The position numbers and the translations under genes were made by a program. Shown here in pieces: positions 9,409 to 19,132 of a DNA stretch of 64,000 nucleotides; the first letter of the stretch is position 1; every line of letters starts with the position of its first letter. The notes under the pieces were generated by a model. That model was not told where the DNA came from and searched no databases. It saw only the letters and a program-made list of their open reading frames with translations. This DNA is from Candidatus Woesearchaeota archaeon (GTDB lineage Archaea > Nanobdellota > Nanobdellia > Woesearchaeales > 0-14-0-80-44-23). The stretch covers positions 192,001 to 256,000 of the forward strand of contig JAVZCZ010000001.1 of assembly GCA_038874135.1 (NCBI GenBank), read 5' to 3'.

Positions 9409-10665
9409 ATGAGCAGAAAATCAAACAAGAAAACTGAGAATCCTTTTCAGATGGCACAGAGCCAGTTTGAAGAGGTGGCAAGGCTAATCAAGCTTGAAGA
9501 CGAATATTACAACATACTAAAAGAACCAGAAAGATTTGTAGAAGTAAAAATACCAGTGAAGATGGACGATGGTACAACAAAGGTATTCACAGGTTACAGG
9601 TCTCAACACAACAATAGCAGGGGCCCATACAAGGGAGGCATAAGATTTCACCAAAATGTGACTCCAGAAGAGGTTAAAGCGCTCTCAATGTGGATGACTT
9701 GGAAGTGCTCAGTAGTAGGCATCCCATTTGGAGGAGGCAAGGGCGGCGTAGTAGTAAACCCCAAAGAGCTCTCAAAAGGCGAGCTGGAAAGACTTAGCAG
9801 AGGCTACATAAGAGCAATAGCGCCCATAATAGGAGAAGACACTGACGTACCTGCACCAGATGTTGGAACAGACGCGCAGGTAATGGAGTGGATGCTGGAC
9901 GAATATGAAAAGATAATAGGAAGAAAAGCCCCGGCAGTGATAACCGGAAAACCAGTAAACAATCACGGCTCAAAAGGAAGAGAACTAGCAACATCTAGGG
10001 GAGGACTCTTCGTACTCATGAGGGCGCTGCAAACTCTCAACACGAACAGCGAAGGCATAACAGCGGCAGTGCAGGGGTTCGGAAATGTAGGCTTAGGCTT
10101 TGCAAAGTTGGCATACGAATCAGGAATAAAAATAGTAGCAGTCAGCGACTCAACAGGCGGCATATACTCGCAAGAAGGACTAAACATCCCGGAAGTGATA
10201 AAACACAAAGAAGCCACTGGCTCTGTCCAGAACTTCAAAGGAACAAAGAACATAACAAACGAAGAGCTCCTCGAACTGAAAACAGACGTACTAGTGCCGG
10301 CAGCACTGGAAGGGCAGATAACACATAAGAATGCGGACAGGATAAAAGCAAAAATAGTACTGGAACTCGCAAATGGCCCAACAACTCCGGAAGCAGATGA
10401 AATACTCACGAAGAATGGAATACTCGTAATCCCAGACATACTTGCGAACTCTGGAGGAGTCGCAGTAAGCTACTTTGAATGGCTACAGAACAAGCAGGGA
10501 AAATACTGGGAAGAAGATAAAGTCAATTCGGAACTTAAGAAGCTAATGGAGAAAGCATTTGAAGAAGTGTACAATGTCTACAAGGAGAAGAAGGTAAGTA
10601 TGCGAATGGCAGCTGGCATAGTAGCAGTGCAGAAAGTAGTGGAAGAGATGAAAAAGAAAGAATGA
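9409..10665 (+). CDS. gdhA: Glu/Leu/Phe/Val dehydrogenase (glutamate dehydrogenase)
   Basis: GPYKGGIRFH, GGGKGG, DVPAPDVGT, VQGFGNVG, ELANGP, SYFEW. Confidence 0.96.
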   Translation: MSRKSNKKTENPFQMAQSQFEEVARLIKLEDEYYNILKEPERFVEVKIPVKMDDGTTKVFTGYRSQHNNSRGPYKGGIRFHQNVTPEEVKALSMWMTWKCSVVGIPFGGGKGGVVVNPKELSKGELERLSRGYIRAIAPIIGEDTDVPAPDVGTDAQVMEWMLDEYEKIIGRKAPAVITGKPVNNHGSKGRELATSRGGLFVLMRALQTLNTNSEGITAAVQGFGNVGLGFAKLAYESGIKIVAVSDSTGGIYSQEGLNIPEVIKHKEATGSVQNFKGTKNITNEELLELKTDVLVPAALEGQITHKNADRIKAKIVLELANGPTTPEADEILTKNGILVIPDILANSGGVAVSYFEWLQNKQGKYWEEDKVNSELKKLMEKAFEEVYNVYKEKKVSMRMAAGIVAVQKVVEEMKKKE

Positions 10666-10757
10666 ATAACAAAATTTTTTACTACACTAATTTTTTTTAA
10701 TTATTCTAATTATATTGGGAAAAATTTTAAAATAACAGGTGCACTCAGAAGTTTTAG

Positions 10758-12323
10758 ATGGAATTTAAAACTCATTCCAACCCTCTTAAGCATTTGAGAG
10801 AGGAGCATCTAATATTTTTTCTTTTTCTAGTTTCAACCTCAATATTTGTTTTTCAGCATGCTGCCTACTTTTCATGGGATTTTCACTCTTATGTTTTGAA
10901 TGCTAAGTACTGGTTTGCGAATGGAAATTATTTTGAGCCACTTAGGCCTCCTCTTATGCCCTTTCTTGTCGGGGTTTTCAGCATTTTCGGCTGGCGCGCT
11001 TCTGAGTTTGTCTTTATTATTTTTGTGTCTTTCTTATTTATGTATTCCAGTGTGAGGCTTGCCCGTGCTCTCGGGTTTAATGCGCTTGCTTTTTACGCTT
11101 TAAGCCTGAACGCCTATGTTTTTAGTGTAGGGCTTGTTAACGGGACTGAGCTTCTCGCTTTTGTCTTTTTGGAACTCTTTGTGAGTTTTCTGATTGAGGA
11201 TAATCCTCTTTCTGGCTTATGGCTTGGCCTTAGTGCTCTTTCCAGGTATGTTGCGCTAGCACTTTTTCCCCTGGCTTTTTTGCATCTGAATTTTAAGAAG
11301 GCGTTTAGGAGCTTGCTGCTTTTCTTTTTGATTCTTTCGCCATGGCTCATTTATAACTATTTCAGGTTTGGGAACTTTTTTACTAGCATTGCTGACCTGT
11401 ATGCTAATAATGTTCTTTATCGTAGTTATCTCGTTCAGCCCATACGTTTCTCCCACTTTGTTAATCTTTTTAATGTTCTCTTTCCATTCTTCCTTGTTGG
11501 CGTTTTTGTTGTTTCGCGCAGGTTGTTTTTGAAGTTGCGATTCATTGGGAGAGATTTGCGTTTGTTGAAGTTTTGGAGAGTTTTGAGAACGTTTAAGGCT
11601 GAGCTGCTGATGTTTTTCCTGCTCTTTTTTTCTGTTTGGAGTTACGCTTTTACTCCAGCCAAGGATTTGAGGTACCTGTTTAATTTGGCACTTCCGAATT
11701 TTTACTTTTCTTATGTTGGGCTTTCTAGCATTGTGGCGTGGATGAACTTTAAGAAGCGCTCTCTTGTTCTTGCGTCTCTGCTTGTTTTTGTTTTGAGCCT
11801 CTGCATGTTTTTAGTTAATTTTTTAGTTTATAGCTATTCTGACGGTAGGGTTTATTATTCTGTTGTGGACAAGCTTAGGGAATTAAATATGTCTAATTGT
11901 TCTGTGATGTCTAACAACTGGGTTCAGCTGGACTATTTGGGCATAGCTGCTGAGCCTGCTCCGATGCAGGCATTAGCTTACAAGCGCTTGGAAGAGGGTA
12001 AGGTTCTTATTCTGTTTTATCACACTCACGGAATAGTTGAAGAGCCAGCTTATGTGCAGAATGAGTCATTTATGAATTCTCTCCCGATAATTTATAAAAA
12101 TGATTCTTATATAATTGCCGGCTTTGGAAGTTGTATTTCAGGAAAAATTTTTGATTATTCCTATGTTGATCAGATTGATAGAAATATCTTTGAAGCTTAC
12201 GGTTATCATATTAATACCAATCCGTGCTTTTTGCTGTTCGGAAAGATTTCTATTCTTGAAAGGTTTTGCAATTTCGTTAATTTCAAAGGTTTTAAGCATG
12301 ACGAGTATAGGATTTACGAATAG
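10758..12323 (+). CDS. Polytopic membrane protein, probable GT-C (ArnT/PMT-like) glycosyltransferase
   Basis: Many TM segments; WDFHSY...RPPLMP, LSRY, LSPWLIYNYFRFGN, KDLRY patterns. Confidence 0.7.
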   Translation: MEFKTHSNPLKHLREEHLIFFLFLVSTSIFVFQHAAYFSWDFHSYVLNAKYWFANGNYFEPLRPPLMPFLVGVFSIFGWRASEFVFIIFVSFLFMYSSVRLARALGFNALAFYALSLNAYVFSVGLVNGTELLAFVFLELFVSFLIEDNPLSGLWLGLSALSRYVALALFPLAFLHLNFKKAFRSLLLFFLILSPWLIYNYFRFGNFFTSIADLYANNVLYRSYLVQPIRFSHFVNLFNVLFPFFLVGVFVVSRRLFLKLRFIGRDLRLLKFWRVLRTFKAELLMFFLLFFSVWSYAFTPAKDLRYLFNLALPNFYFSYVGLSSIVAWMNFKKRSLVLASLLVFVLSLCMFLVNFLVYSYSDGRVYYSVVDKLRELNMSNCSVMSNNWVQLDYLGIAAEPAPMQALAYKRLEEGKVLILFYHTHGIVEEPAYVQNESFMNSLPIIYKNDSYIIAGFGSCISGKIFDYSYVDQIDRNIFEAYGYHINTNPCFLLFGKISILERFCNFVNFKGFKHDEYRIYE

Positions 12324-12389
12324 TTTTGTGATTTTTTAAAATATTTATTTGCACACCTTCGCCAGCTTTATTAATAAGTGTGGCTTACC

Positions 12390-12405
12390 CTTGCACTAGT
12401 GCAAG
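12390..12405. promoter_or_regulatory. Perfect 16-bp palindrome, candidate operator of the prx-trx-regulator operon
   Basis: CTTGCACTAGTGCAAG between TATA-like TTTATTAA and the peroxiredoxin RBS. Confidence 0.6.
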
Positions 12406-12423
12406 AAAAATGCATATGATGAG

Positions 12424-13125
12424 GTGAAAAATATGGAAAGTTCAGAAGGCTTTAAGGGAATGCCATTATTAGGTGATGAGTTCCCCTCTGTAAAGGTGAA
12501 GACAACTCACGGAGTTATTGAACTTCCGAAGGCTTTCAAGGGTAAGTGGTTTGTACTTTTTAGCCATCCAGCAGACTTTACACCTGTGTGCACTACCGAG
12601 TTCGTGGCTTTTCAGAAGAGGTATGACAAGTTTAAAGCATTAAACTGCGAGCTGATAGGATTAAGCATTGACCAAGTATTTTCTCACATCAAGTGGACTG
12701 AGTGGATTAATGAGAAGTTAAATGTTGAGATTAAGTTTCCAATAATCGCGGATACTGGAGAACTGGCAAAAACTTTAGGATTAATTCATCCGAACAAGGG
12801 TACTAACACTGTTAGAGCAGTATTCATAGTTGATGACAAGGGAATCATAAGAGCCATACTTTATTATCCTCAAGAGCTGGGAAGAAACATGGACGAGATA
12901 CTTAGAATGGTAGACGGGCTTCAGAAGGCTGACAAGTATGGAGTTGCAATGCCTGCAAACTGGCCTAACAATGAGCTGGTTAAAGATCATGTCATTGTGC
13001 CGCCGGCTTCTGATGTTAAGACTGCTAAAGACAGGCTTTTGAGTGCTAAGAGTGGTGAGATTGAATGCTATGATTGGTGGATGTGCCACAAGAGTTTGAA
13101 GGAGGATAAAAAGAAGAAGGAGTGA
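12424..13125 (+). CDS. Peroxiredoxin (archaeal Prx6-type)
   Basis: [15 protein letters not shown]; C-terminal CYDWWMC. Confidence 0.95.
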   Translation: MKNMESSEGFKGMPLLGDEFPSVKVKTTHGVIELPKAFKGKWFVLFSHPADFTPVCTTEFVAFQKRYDKFKALNCELIGLSIDQVFSHIKWTEWINEKLNVEIKFPIIADTGELAKTLGLIHPNKGTNTVRAVFIVDDKGIIRAILYYPQELGRNMDEILRMVDGLQKADKYGVAMPANWPNNELVKDHVIVPPASDVKTAKDRLLSAKSGEIECYDWWMCHKSLKEDKKKKE

Positions 13126-13478
13126 TAAAAATGGTAGTGTATATAAAGAGTAAACAAGATTTTGAAAGGGAAATAGTTAAGAGCGATGTGCCAACGCTGG
13201 TTGATTTTTGGGCTTCCTGGTGCATGCCTTGCCAGATGATGGCTCCTGTCTTTGAAGAGCTCTCTAAGGAGTATGAGGGCAGATTAAAGTTTGTGAAGCT
13301 CTCAACTGAGGAGTTTCCAGACTTGGCTCAGGATTATGAGATAGACAGCATACCTTCAATACTCCTGCTGGACAAGGGGCGAGAGGTGGATAGGCTTATC
13401 GGCTATATGCCTAAGCCTATTTTTAAGGCAAGGATTGAAGACCTTATGCGAAGGCATCCTGAACTTTTCAGGAAGTAG
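13122..13478 (+). CDS. trxA: Thioredoxin
   Basis: [15 protein letters not shown]. Confidence 0.93.
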   Translation: MIKMVVYIKSKQDFEREIVKSDVPTLVDFWASWCMPCQMMAPVFEELSKEYEGRLKFVKLSTEEFPDLAQDYEIDSIPSILLLDKGREVDRLIGYMPKPIFKARIEDLMRRHPELFRK

Positions 13479-13491
13479 GAGGGGCAATTAG

Positions 13492-13836
13492 ATGATATCT
13501 TTTGCCTGCAGGACTATTGATTTTGAAGAGTTGTTCAGTTGTAGTTTCGGTCTTAAAAAGACCGACTACAAGATTTTTAATATAATATTGCAGAGCGGCA
13601 AGCGTCTTACAGTTAGCAGCATTGCTAAGATTCTGGGCAAAGAGAGAACTGTTGTTCAAAAATCAGTTAAGAGCCTTCTTGAGAAGAGGCTTGTTAAGCG
13701 TTATCAGGAGAACATTCAGAATGGTGGTTACAGGTTTTATTACGAAGCAGAAGACAAAGAAGAAATCAGAAAGCGCCTTCTTGAGATTATTAGAAGATGG
13801 TCTTCTAATGTGGAAGATGTTGTTAGTAAGTGGTAA
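13492..13836 (+). CDS. wHTH transcriptional regulator (TrmB/MarR-like)
   Basis: LTVSSIAKILGKERTVVQKSVKSLLEKRLV, GGYRFYY. Confidence 0.85.
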   Translation: MISFACRTIDFEELFSCSFGLKKTDYKIFNIILQSGKRLTVSSIAKILGKERTVVQKSVKSLLEKRLVKRYQENIQNGGYRFYYEAEDKEEIRKRLLEIIRRWSSNVEDVVSKW

Positions 13837-13906
13837 ACTTTTGATTTATCCACTCGGAAGAGATTAATTATAAAAAATTTTAAATACTTACTAAACTTTT
13901 AAATAA

Positions 13907-14839
13907 TTGATGGGTGCCTGCTCATATATTAAAAAGAGCTTAGTTGAGGCTGACAAGTCAGTAATTCTTCCGATATTGAGGGATGGAAATCTGAAGCCTT
14001 GGATAAAGGTAACTTATGAATTTTCCACTTTAGGAGAAGAGTACGAATTAAGAGATAATCTGACTTATGTCACAGTTCCAAAAGATGCAAGAATTGAGTT
14101 TGACAGGAGATTGGTTCAAGTTTCTTTAAAAGAGAGAGGAGTTCGTGTAGATTATGTCAACTTTATGATGGGACCGTGCTCAATAGAAATGGACAGGTTT
14201 TCAGTTGCGCGATTAAATCCCAATATACCATTCAGGATTAAAGCTTCAGACAGACTTCCTTACTACTCTTTTGAGATTCTTGAAAATTTTAGTGAGAGCG
14301 ATAAAAAATCATATGATACTCCACTGGAGCTAAAAATTTCTGGAATTACTAGAAAGAACCTTTCTATAAACAGCACCGAGGTTACAGCTATAACTTGTGA
14401 AAAAGAGATAATAAGTCTTCCAGGAGTTATGATTTATCCGGAGCAGGACTTTTCAGGATGCTATAAACTCTTTGGAAAATTCAACGGGTCGCCAGAGCTG
14501 GAATTTGGATACTGTCAGTTCTATTCTAAATTAGAAAGAGAGTTACTACACTCACACGAACAGGTTATAGAAGCTTATCTTGGAATTCGTGGAAGCGTGT
14601 CCCTCTTCATTGCTTGCGATGATGGGGATATAAAGATTAAAGGAGTTGATTTAGATGGAATTATCAGAGAGTGGACTGGGGAGATTGTGAAAATAGATAA
14701 GCATGATTTAGTAATCCCGCTAACCGCTCATAAGCTATTATTAAGTGAGGAGTATTCAAAATTACCAGCTACACTTTATAAGCTAAGCTATTCACACATT
14801 ATAAATCCTGAAAAAGAAAAAATCCTTGAAAAACAATAA
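13907..14839 (+). CDS. Hypothetical protein
   Basis: 310-aa ORF with upstream TATA-like box; no recognised motif. Confidence 0.6.
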   Translation: MMGACSYIKKSLVEADKSVILPILRDGNLKPWIKVTYEFSTLGEEYELRDNLTYVTVPKDARIEFDRRLVQVSLKERGVRVDYVNFMMGPCSIEMDRFSVARLNPNIPFRIKASDRLPYYSFEILENFSESDKKSYDTPLELKISGITRKNLSINSTEVTAITCEKEIISLPGVMIYPEQDFSGCYKLFGKFNGSPELEFGYCQFYSKLERELLHSHEQVIEAYLGIRGSVSLFIACDDGDIKIKGVDLDGIIREWTGEIVKIDKHDLVIPLTAHKLLLSEEYSKLPATLYKLSYSHIINPEKEKILEKQ

Positions 14840-14847
14840 AAAAAAGT

Positions 14848-15201
14848 TTAGTATTTAATGCTCTTCTCAACTATGTCTCCGATTATTGGGACGTGCCACT
14901 TCTCATTGTTATACGCCTTAACCATAAGCACTATCCACAGTATAAAAGATATTAGGGAGAGCACTACTGTCAGTGACACTCCAATTATGGGAATTAATCC
15001 AAAGATGAGGTTAAGTATCGTCACGCTTCCAAAAGTTAGTATGGACTGCCAGGCGTGAAATTTAACATTCCTGCTCTTCTTCTCCAGGATTAAGAATATT
15101 ATCCCAGTCAGCCATCCGAGAACATAGCATAGTAATGCCTCAATGTTTTCCTGCATATTTAATGAAGTGCTTGAGTTGTCCTTCTTCTTTGTCTTAGCCA
15201 T
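14848..15201 (-). CDS. DUF4870-like membrane protein
   Basis: ALLCYVLGWLTGIIFLILEK..VKFHAWQS..LMVKAY..VPIIG. Confidence 0.85.
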   Translation of the reverse strand: MAKTKKKDNSSTSLNMQENIEALLCYVLGWLTGIIFLILEKKSRNVKFHAWQSILTFGSVTILNLIFGLIPIIGVSLTVVLSLISFILWIVLMVKAYNNEKWHVPIIGDIVEKSIKY

Positions 15202-15276
15202 TATTTTTCCACCCCCAAAAATATTTGCTATACTTAATTTTTTAGGTTTAGAGTTTAAAAATTTATCGCATTTTGA

Positions 15277-15777
15277 TTAATATTTTTCCCAGTGAAGCAC
15301 CTTATCCAGTGGCCTCTTGTTGGGCGGCTCTGGGTTTGCATAGTAGTATCCTAGAGATATTATTGAGACTATTTCTTGCTCCGGCGGTATTTTTAGGAGC
15401 TCTTTTATCTTTTCTGAATATTGGCGCTTATAGCCTGCTACCCAGCAGCTTCCAATCTTGTACGCCTTTGCAGCTAGGAGTATGTTTTCAGTCGCGGCTG
15501 AGCAGTCCTCTAGTAGGTGTGGATTTTCTTTTTCTCCGCACACTATAACTGCGGCTGCTGCATCCTTTATGAACTTGCCCCATGTTGCCAGTTCAGCTAT
15601 TTTTGCTAATTTGTCTTTGTCGGTAATTACTATGAACTCCCAGGGCTGTATGTTGTTGGCAGATGGAGCCATTCTTGCTGCGTCTATAATGTCTGAGAGG
15701 ATCTCCTTAGGAATCTGCTTAGGCAGATATCCCCTTATAGACCTTCTGGACTTTATAAGTTCAACGAACTCGTTCAT
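15277..15777 (-). CDS. Nitroreductase family protein
   Basis: RRSIR, APSANNIQPWEF, ENILLAA, GSCWV. Confidence 0.93.
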   Translation of the reverse strand: MNEFVELIKSRRSIRGYLPKQIPKEILSDIIDAARMAPSANNIQPWEFIVITDKDKLAKIAELATWGKFIKDAAAAVIVCGEKENPHLLEDCSAATENILLAAKAYKIGSCWVAGYKRQYSEKIKELLKIPPEQEIVSIISLGYYYANPEPPNKRPLDKVLHWEKY

Positions 15778-15865
15778 TTTTAACACCCCTAACACATGTT
15801 AGTAGTTTTGATATTATAAATTTGATGGCAAAATTTATTAAAGGATTGATTAAGCATTTAGGATT

Positions 15866-16873
15866 ATGAGTGCAGAAGGGAATTTTAAGCTTCCTTTTGA
15901 GCGTGTCAGCAGGGAGTTGCTAGTCAAGAGAGAATCCTCTACTGATCCCAGCTTGGGCTGCTCTCCTGACGAGAGGAGCGTTAATGAGCTCATAAATTTT
16001 GGAGTCATAAACCTGGATAAACCTTCAGGGCCTACCAGTCATCAGGTTAGTGATTATCTTCAGAGGATTCTGCACATTGATAAGGCTGGACATTCTGGAA
16101 CTCTAGATCCTAAGGTTACTGGAGTGCTTCCTGTTGCGCTTGGTAGGGCTACACGCCTGATTCACCTTTTATTGAAGTCTGGGAAGGAGTATGTTGCTCT
16201 TATGCATCTTCATTCTGATGTTTCTGAAGAGGAGGTTCGTAGGAGGCTCTCAGATTTTGTTGGAAGGATAAATCAGAAGCCACCCTTGAGGTCTGCCGTT
16301 AAGCGTGTCTTCAGGGAGAGAAACATATATTATATAGAGGTTATTGAGGTTGATGGCAGGGATGTGCTTTTCAAGATTGGGTGTGAGGCAGGCACTTATA
16401 TTAGGAAGTTTATTTATGATTTTGGGCAGAGTACGGGCTGGAGAGCAAGTATGTCTGAGCTTAGAAGGACGAGAGTTGCCCATTTTGATGAGAGCAGCAT
16501 TCATACCCTGCAGGATGTTGCAGACGCTTATTGGTATTGGAGGGAAGAGGGACGAGAAGATTTAATAAGGAAGATAGTTCTGCCTGCAGAGCGCATTCTC
16601 GAATGCATTCCTAAGGTTTATGTTTTGGACAGCGCAGTTGATTCATTATGTCACGGAGCTAACCTTAATGTTCCAGGAGTATCAAAACTTGATTCGGGGA
16701 TTTCTGCTGGGGATATTGTTGGAGTTATGACTCTCAAGAGGGAAGTAGTTGCTTACGGAATTGCTAAGATGTCTTCTCAGGAGATCTTATCCGCAGAGAA
16801 GGGCTTTGCAGTTAAGGTTGAAAAAGTTTTTATGCAACCGGGAACTTATAAGATTTCTCAAGCAGAAGTTTAA
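15866..16873 (+). CDS. cbf5: H/ACA RNA-guided pseudouridine synthase Cbf5
   Basis: DKPSGPTSHQ, GHSGTLDPKVTGVL, CEAGTYIR, C-terminal PUA domain. Confidence 0.96.
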   Translation: MSAEGNFKLPFERVSRELLVKRESSTDPSLGCSPDERSVNELINFGVINLDKPSGPTSHQVSDYLQRILHIDKAGHSGTLDPKVTGVLPVALGRATRLIHLLLKSGKEYVALMHLHSDVSEEEVRRRLSDFVGRINQKPPLRSAVKRVFRERNIYYIEVIEVDGRDVLFKIGCEAGTYIRKFIYDFGQSTGWRASMSELRRTRVAHFDESSIHTLQDVADAYWYWREEGREDLIRKIVLPAERILECIPKVYVLDSAVDSLCHGANLNVPGVSKLDSGISAGDIVGVMTLKREVVAYGIAKMSSQEILSAEKGFAVKVEKVFMQPGTYKISQAEV

Positions 16874-16923
16874 AAACACGCAAATAGAAAAGTTTATAAA
16901 TAAGTATATTAATTTACATTTTT

Positions 16924-17085
16924 ATGACACGATATATTTGCACATCTTGCAACTTCAGATTTGAACCAAAAGCGGGTAAGGGAGTCCCAACAGCCTGCCC
17001 CTATTGCGGAAAAAAAGGCACTCTTGTGCAGGAGAAAGCTGCTCAGGAGCTCCTTGAAGAGGCAACCGCCTCCGACAGGGAATAA
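16924..17085 (+). CDS. 53-aa Zn-ribbon microprotein (not in ORF track)
   Basis: MTRYICTSCNFRFEPKAGKGVPTACPYCGKKGTLVQEKAAQELLEE...; CxxC and CPxCG; TATA box (TTTATAAA) ~30 nt upstream. Confidence 0.75.
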   Translation: MTRYICTSCNFRFEPKAGKGVPTACPYCGKKGTLVQEKAAQELLEEATASDRE

Positions 17086-17091
17086 AATAGG

Positions 17092-17376
17092 ATGAAATGC
17101 ATTGTTGGAAAGAAAAAGCTTCTGAAATACTTTGAAATAACAGGTAGAGCTCTAGAAGCTGCTAAAAGCAGTAAGAATCGCACAAATCTCGTAAGGGAAA
17201 GAGAAGAGTTTATCCTCATGGCTGAGAGTTACTACAAGGATGCCCAGCACTACTATGAGAAGGGCGACTTAGTTACTGCGTTCGCAGCACTCAACTATGC
17301 GCACGGCTGGCTGGACGCTGGAGCCCGCTTAGGAATATTTGATGTGCATGACTCAGAGCTTTTTGCAAATGATTAG
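17092..17376 (+). CDS. DUF357 domain protein
   Basis: MAESYYKDAQHYYEKGDLVTAFAALNYAHGWLDAGARLG. Confidence 0.9.
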   Translation: MKCIVGKKKLLKYFEITGRALEAAKSSKNRTNLVREREEFILMAESYYKDAQHYYEKGDLVTAFAALNYAHGWLDAGARLGIFDVHDSELFAND

Positions 17377-17421
17377 AACCTTAGAAAGTTTTATATTCCC
17401 CAATTTTTTAACTACTTCACA

Positions 17422-18168
17422 ATGAATTATAAGAAGTATAATAGTTCCTATGAAGAAGATGAAATTTACTTTTTAAAAAATTTAGAGCCCTTTCAGCTTT
17501 CAACAGGAGAAAGGCTTTATCTTCCAAGATATTCTCTGAAAACTTCTGACAGGATAATTGAAACCTTTAATTATATAGTCCTTAGAATTATGAAGGGTCC
17601 CAAAGCAGTTAAAAATTACGAAATTAACATGTTAAACTCGTGGAGCAACGCCCCTCTTAAGAGGTCTATAGATGAGAACGCTGAAATGTTAGAAAAAGAA
17701 GTAAGAGATCCTAAAGAGCTATTCCAAAAAAGAGTAGAATATGCTCACCACTCAATTGAACTTGTTATAGAAGAAATGAGAAGCCAGATGCTCTCCCAAA
17801 ATATAGTGATAGATGAGGAAGATAATTGTGCATTAGACATGACGCACAATCTTCATTTATATAACCGGGCTCTTCTCTTAAATCAGGCTTATGCTGATAG
17901 GATAGGTGAGAAGAAGTTTAGAAGATTATTTGAAGAGAGCAACAAGTGTATGAGTGTATTTAGTGATTTCTTTAGAATAAACACTGCACTAAAGCTGCAC
18001 GAATTTGCAGAAGATGAAGTGTATGAGATGCCTGAAAAATCGTTGAAGCAGGCGTATAAAATTCTTAAAAAGAATTACAGCCTATATTACCACAATGAGA
18101 ATGTTATAAGCGTTCTTGAAGAGATTTTCTTAGAAGAATCTGCTCGTGAAAAGATAAATATTAACTAA
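17422..18168 (+). CDS. Hypothetical protein
   Basis: 248-aa ORF, no recognised motif. Confidence 0.6.
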   Translation: MNYKKYNSSYEEDEIYFLKNLEPFQLSTGERLYLPRYSLKTSDRIIETFNYIVLRIMKGPKAVKNYEINMLNSWSNAPLKRSIDENAEMLEKEVRDPKELFQKRVEYAHHSIELVIEEMRSQMLSQNIVIDEEDNCALDMTHNLHLYNRALLLNQAYADRIGEKKFRRLFEESNKCMSVFSDFFRINTALKLHEFAEDEVYEMPEKSLKQAYKILKKNYSLYYHNENVISVLEEIFLEESAREKININ

Positions 18169-18181
18169 AAAATTGGAAAGA

Positions 18182-18694
18182 TTATTTCATCTGGGATCTC
18201 CTAGCAGCGCTGGTCAATCCGCGCTTGACCCTGTTCCTGTTCTTGGGACTTGCAATCCAGCTGAGCTGCGGATCCTTAATAATCTGAGGATGACTCCTGT
18301 CCACAAGAACAACCTCATACCAGTAGTACTGCCCGTCCTTGCCCACGAAGTAGGAGTTCAACACTTCCAGGTTTGGAAACGCCTTCTGAGCCCTCTGCTC
18401 GGCAACAGCTTGATAGCTCAGATTTACAACCTTCTTTCTACCATACTTCTTAGGCCTTCTTCCATTCCTTATCTTAGGCTTCATCCTCCCGCCGCGGGGA
18501 ACTCTCTGTCTGACAAGAATTATTCCGGGCTTCGCCCTGTATCCTACGGAGCGCGCCCTGTCCAGCCTCGTCGGATATTCTATTCTCAGAGTTGCCGGCT
18601 CTTTTCTCCATTGAATCAGGCGCTGCCTAACAATTTCAGAATGCTGCTCACTTTCAGAATTGAAGTTCTCCCTAACATACTTGTATAAAGACAT
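18182..18694 (-). CDS. rpl15e: 50S ribosomal protein L15e
   Basis: PTRLDRARSVGYRAKPG, NLEVLNSY, WYEVVLVD; start taken at MSLYKY after GGAGG. Confidence 0.96.
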   Translation of the reverse strand: MSLYKYVRENFNSESEQHSEIVRQRLIQWRKEPATLRIEYPTRLDRARSVGYRAKPGIILVRQRVPRGGRMKPKIRNGRRPKKYGRKKVVNLSYQAVAEQRAQKAFPNLEVLNSYFVGKDGQYYWYEVVLVDRSHPQIIKDPQLSWIASPKNRNRVKRGLTSAARRSQMK

Positions 18695-18912
18695 CTTCTC
18701 GGCCTCCATTATTATTTCTAATCCTCTGATTCGGGCAAGCCAACGCCCACATCTCAGATTTGTCCGTGGAATCCTAAGGTTGTTTATAAATCTTGTGATG
18801 TTTAGCAGAGAAGTAAAAAGAGTTTGTACTAACTGCTTAATTGCACACTTGTTAGTAATAATTTAAAGAAAGTTTAAAAAAGCAGGTAGTTTAGTAGGAT
18901 TGAGGCGATCCT

Positions 18913-19116
18913 ATGAGTTTTAAGGGCTGGGTAGAAAAGAGGATTAGAAGTTTTACAATGTGGGATTGGGCTTTGGCAAAAGCGGTTCTGGTGCTTTTAG
19001 GGGTGATAATAGGAGCATACGCTACAAATTTTGTAAGGAGCCATATCTTATACTTCGCAGCTGCATTTTTATCATTATACGCGCTCCTAATTTACAGGCT
19101 GCTTATAAGAAAATAG
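18913..19116 (+). CDS. Small two-TM membrane protein
   Basis: GAGGCGA RBS; two hydrophobic segments. Confidence 0.6.
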   Translation: MSFKGWVEKRIRSFTMWDWALAKAVLVLLGVIIGAYATNFVRSHILYFAAAFLSLYALLIYRLLIRK

Positions 19117-19132
19117 GGATGAGGCAGTTTAG

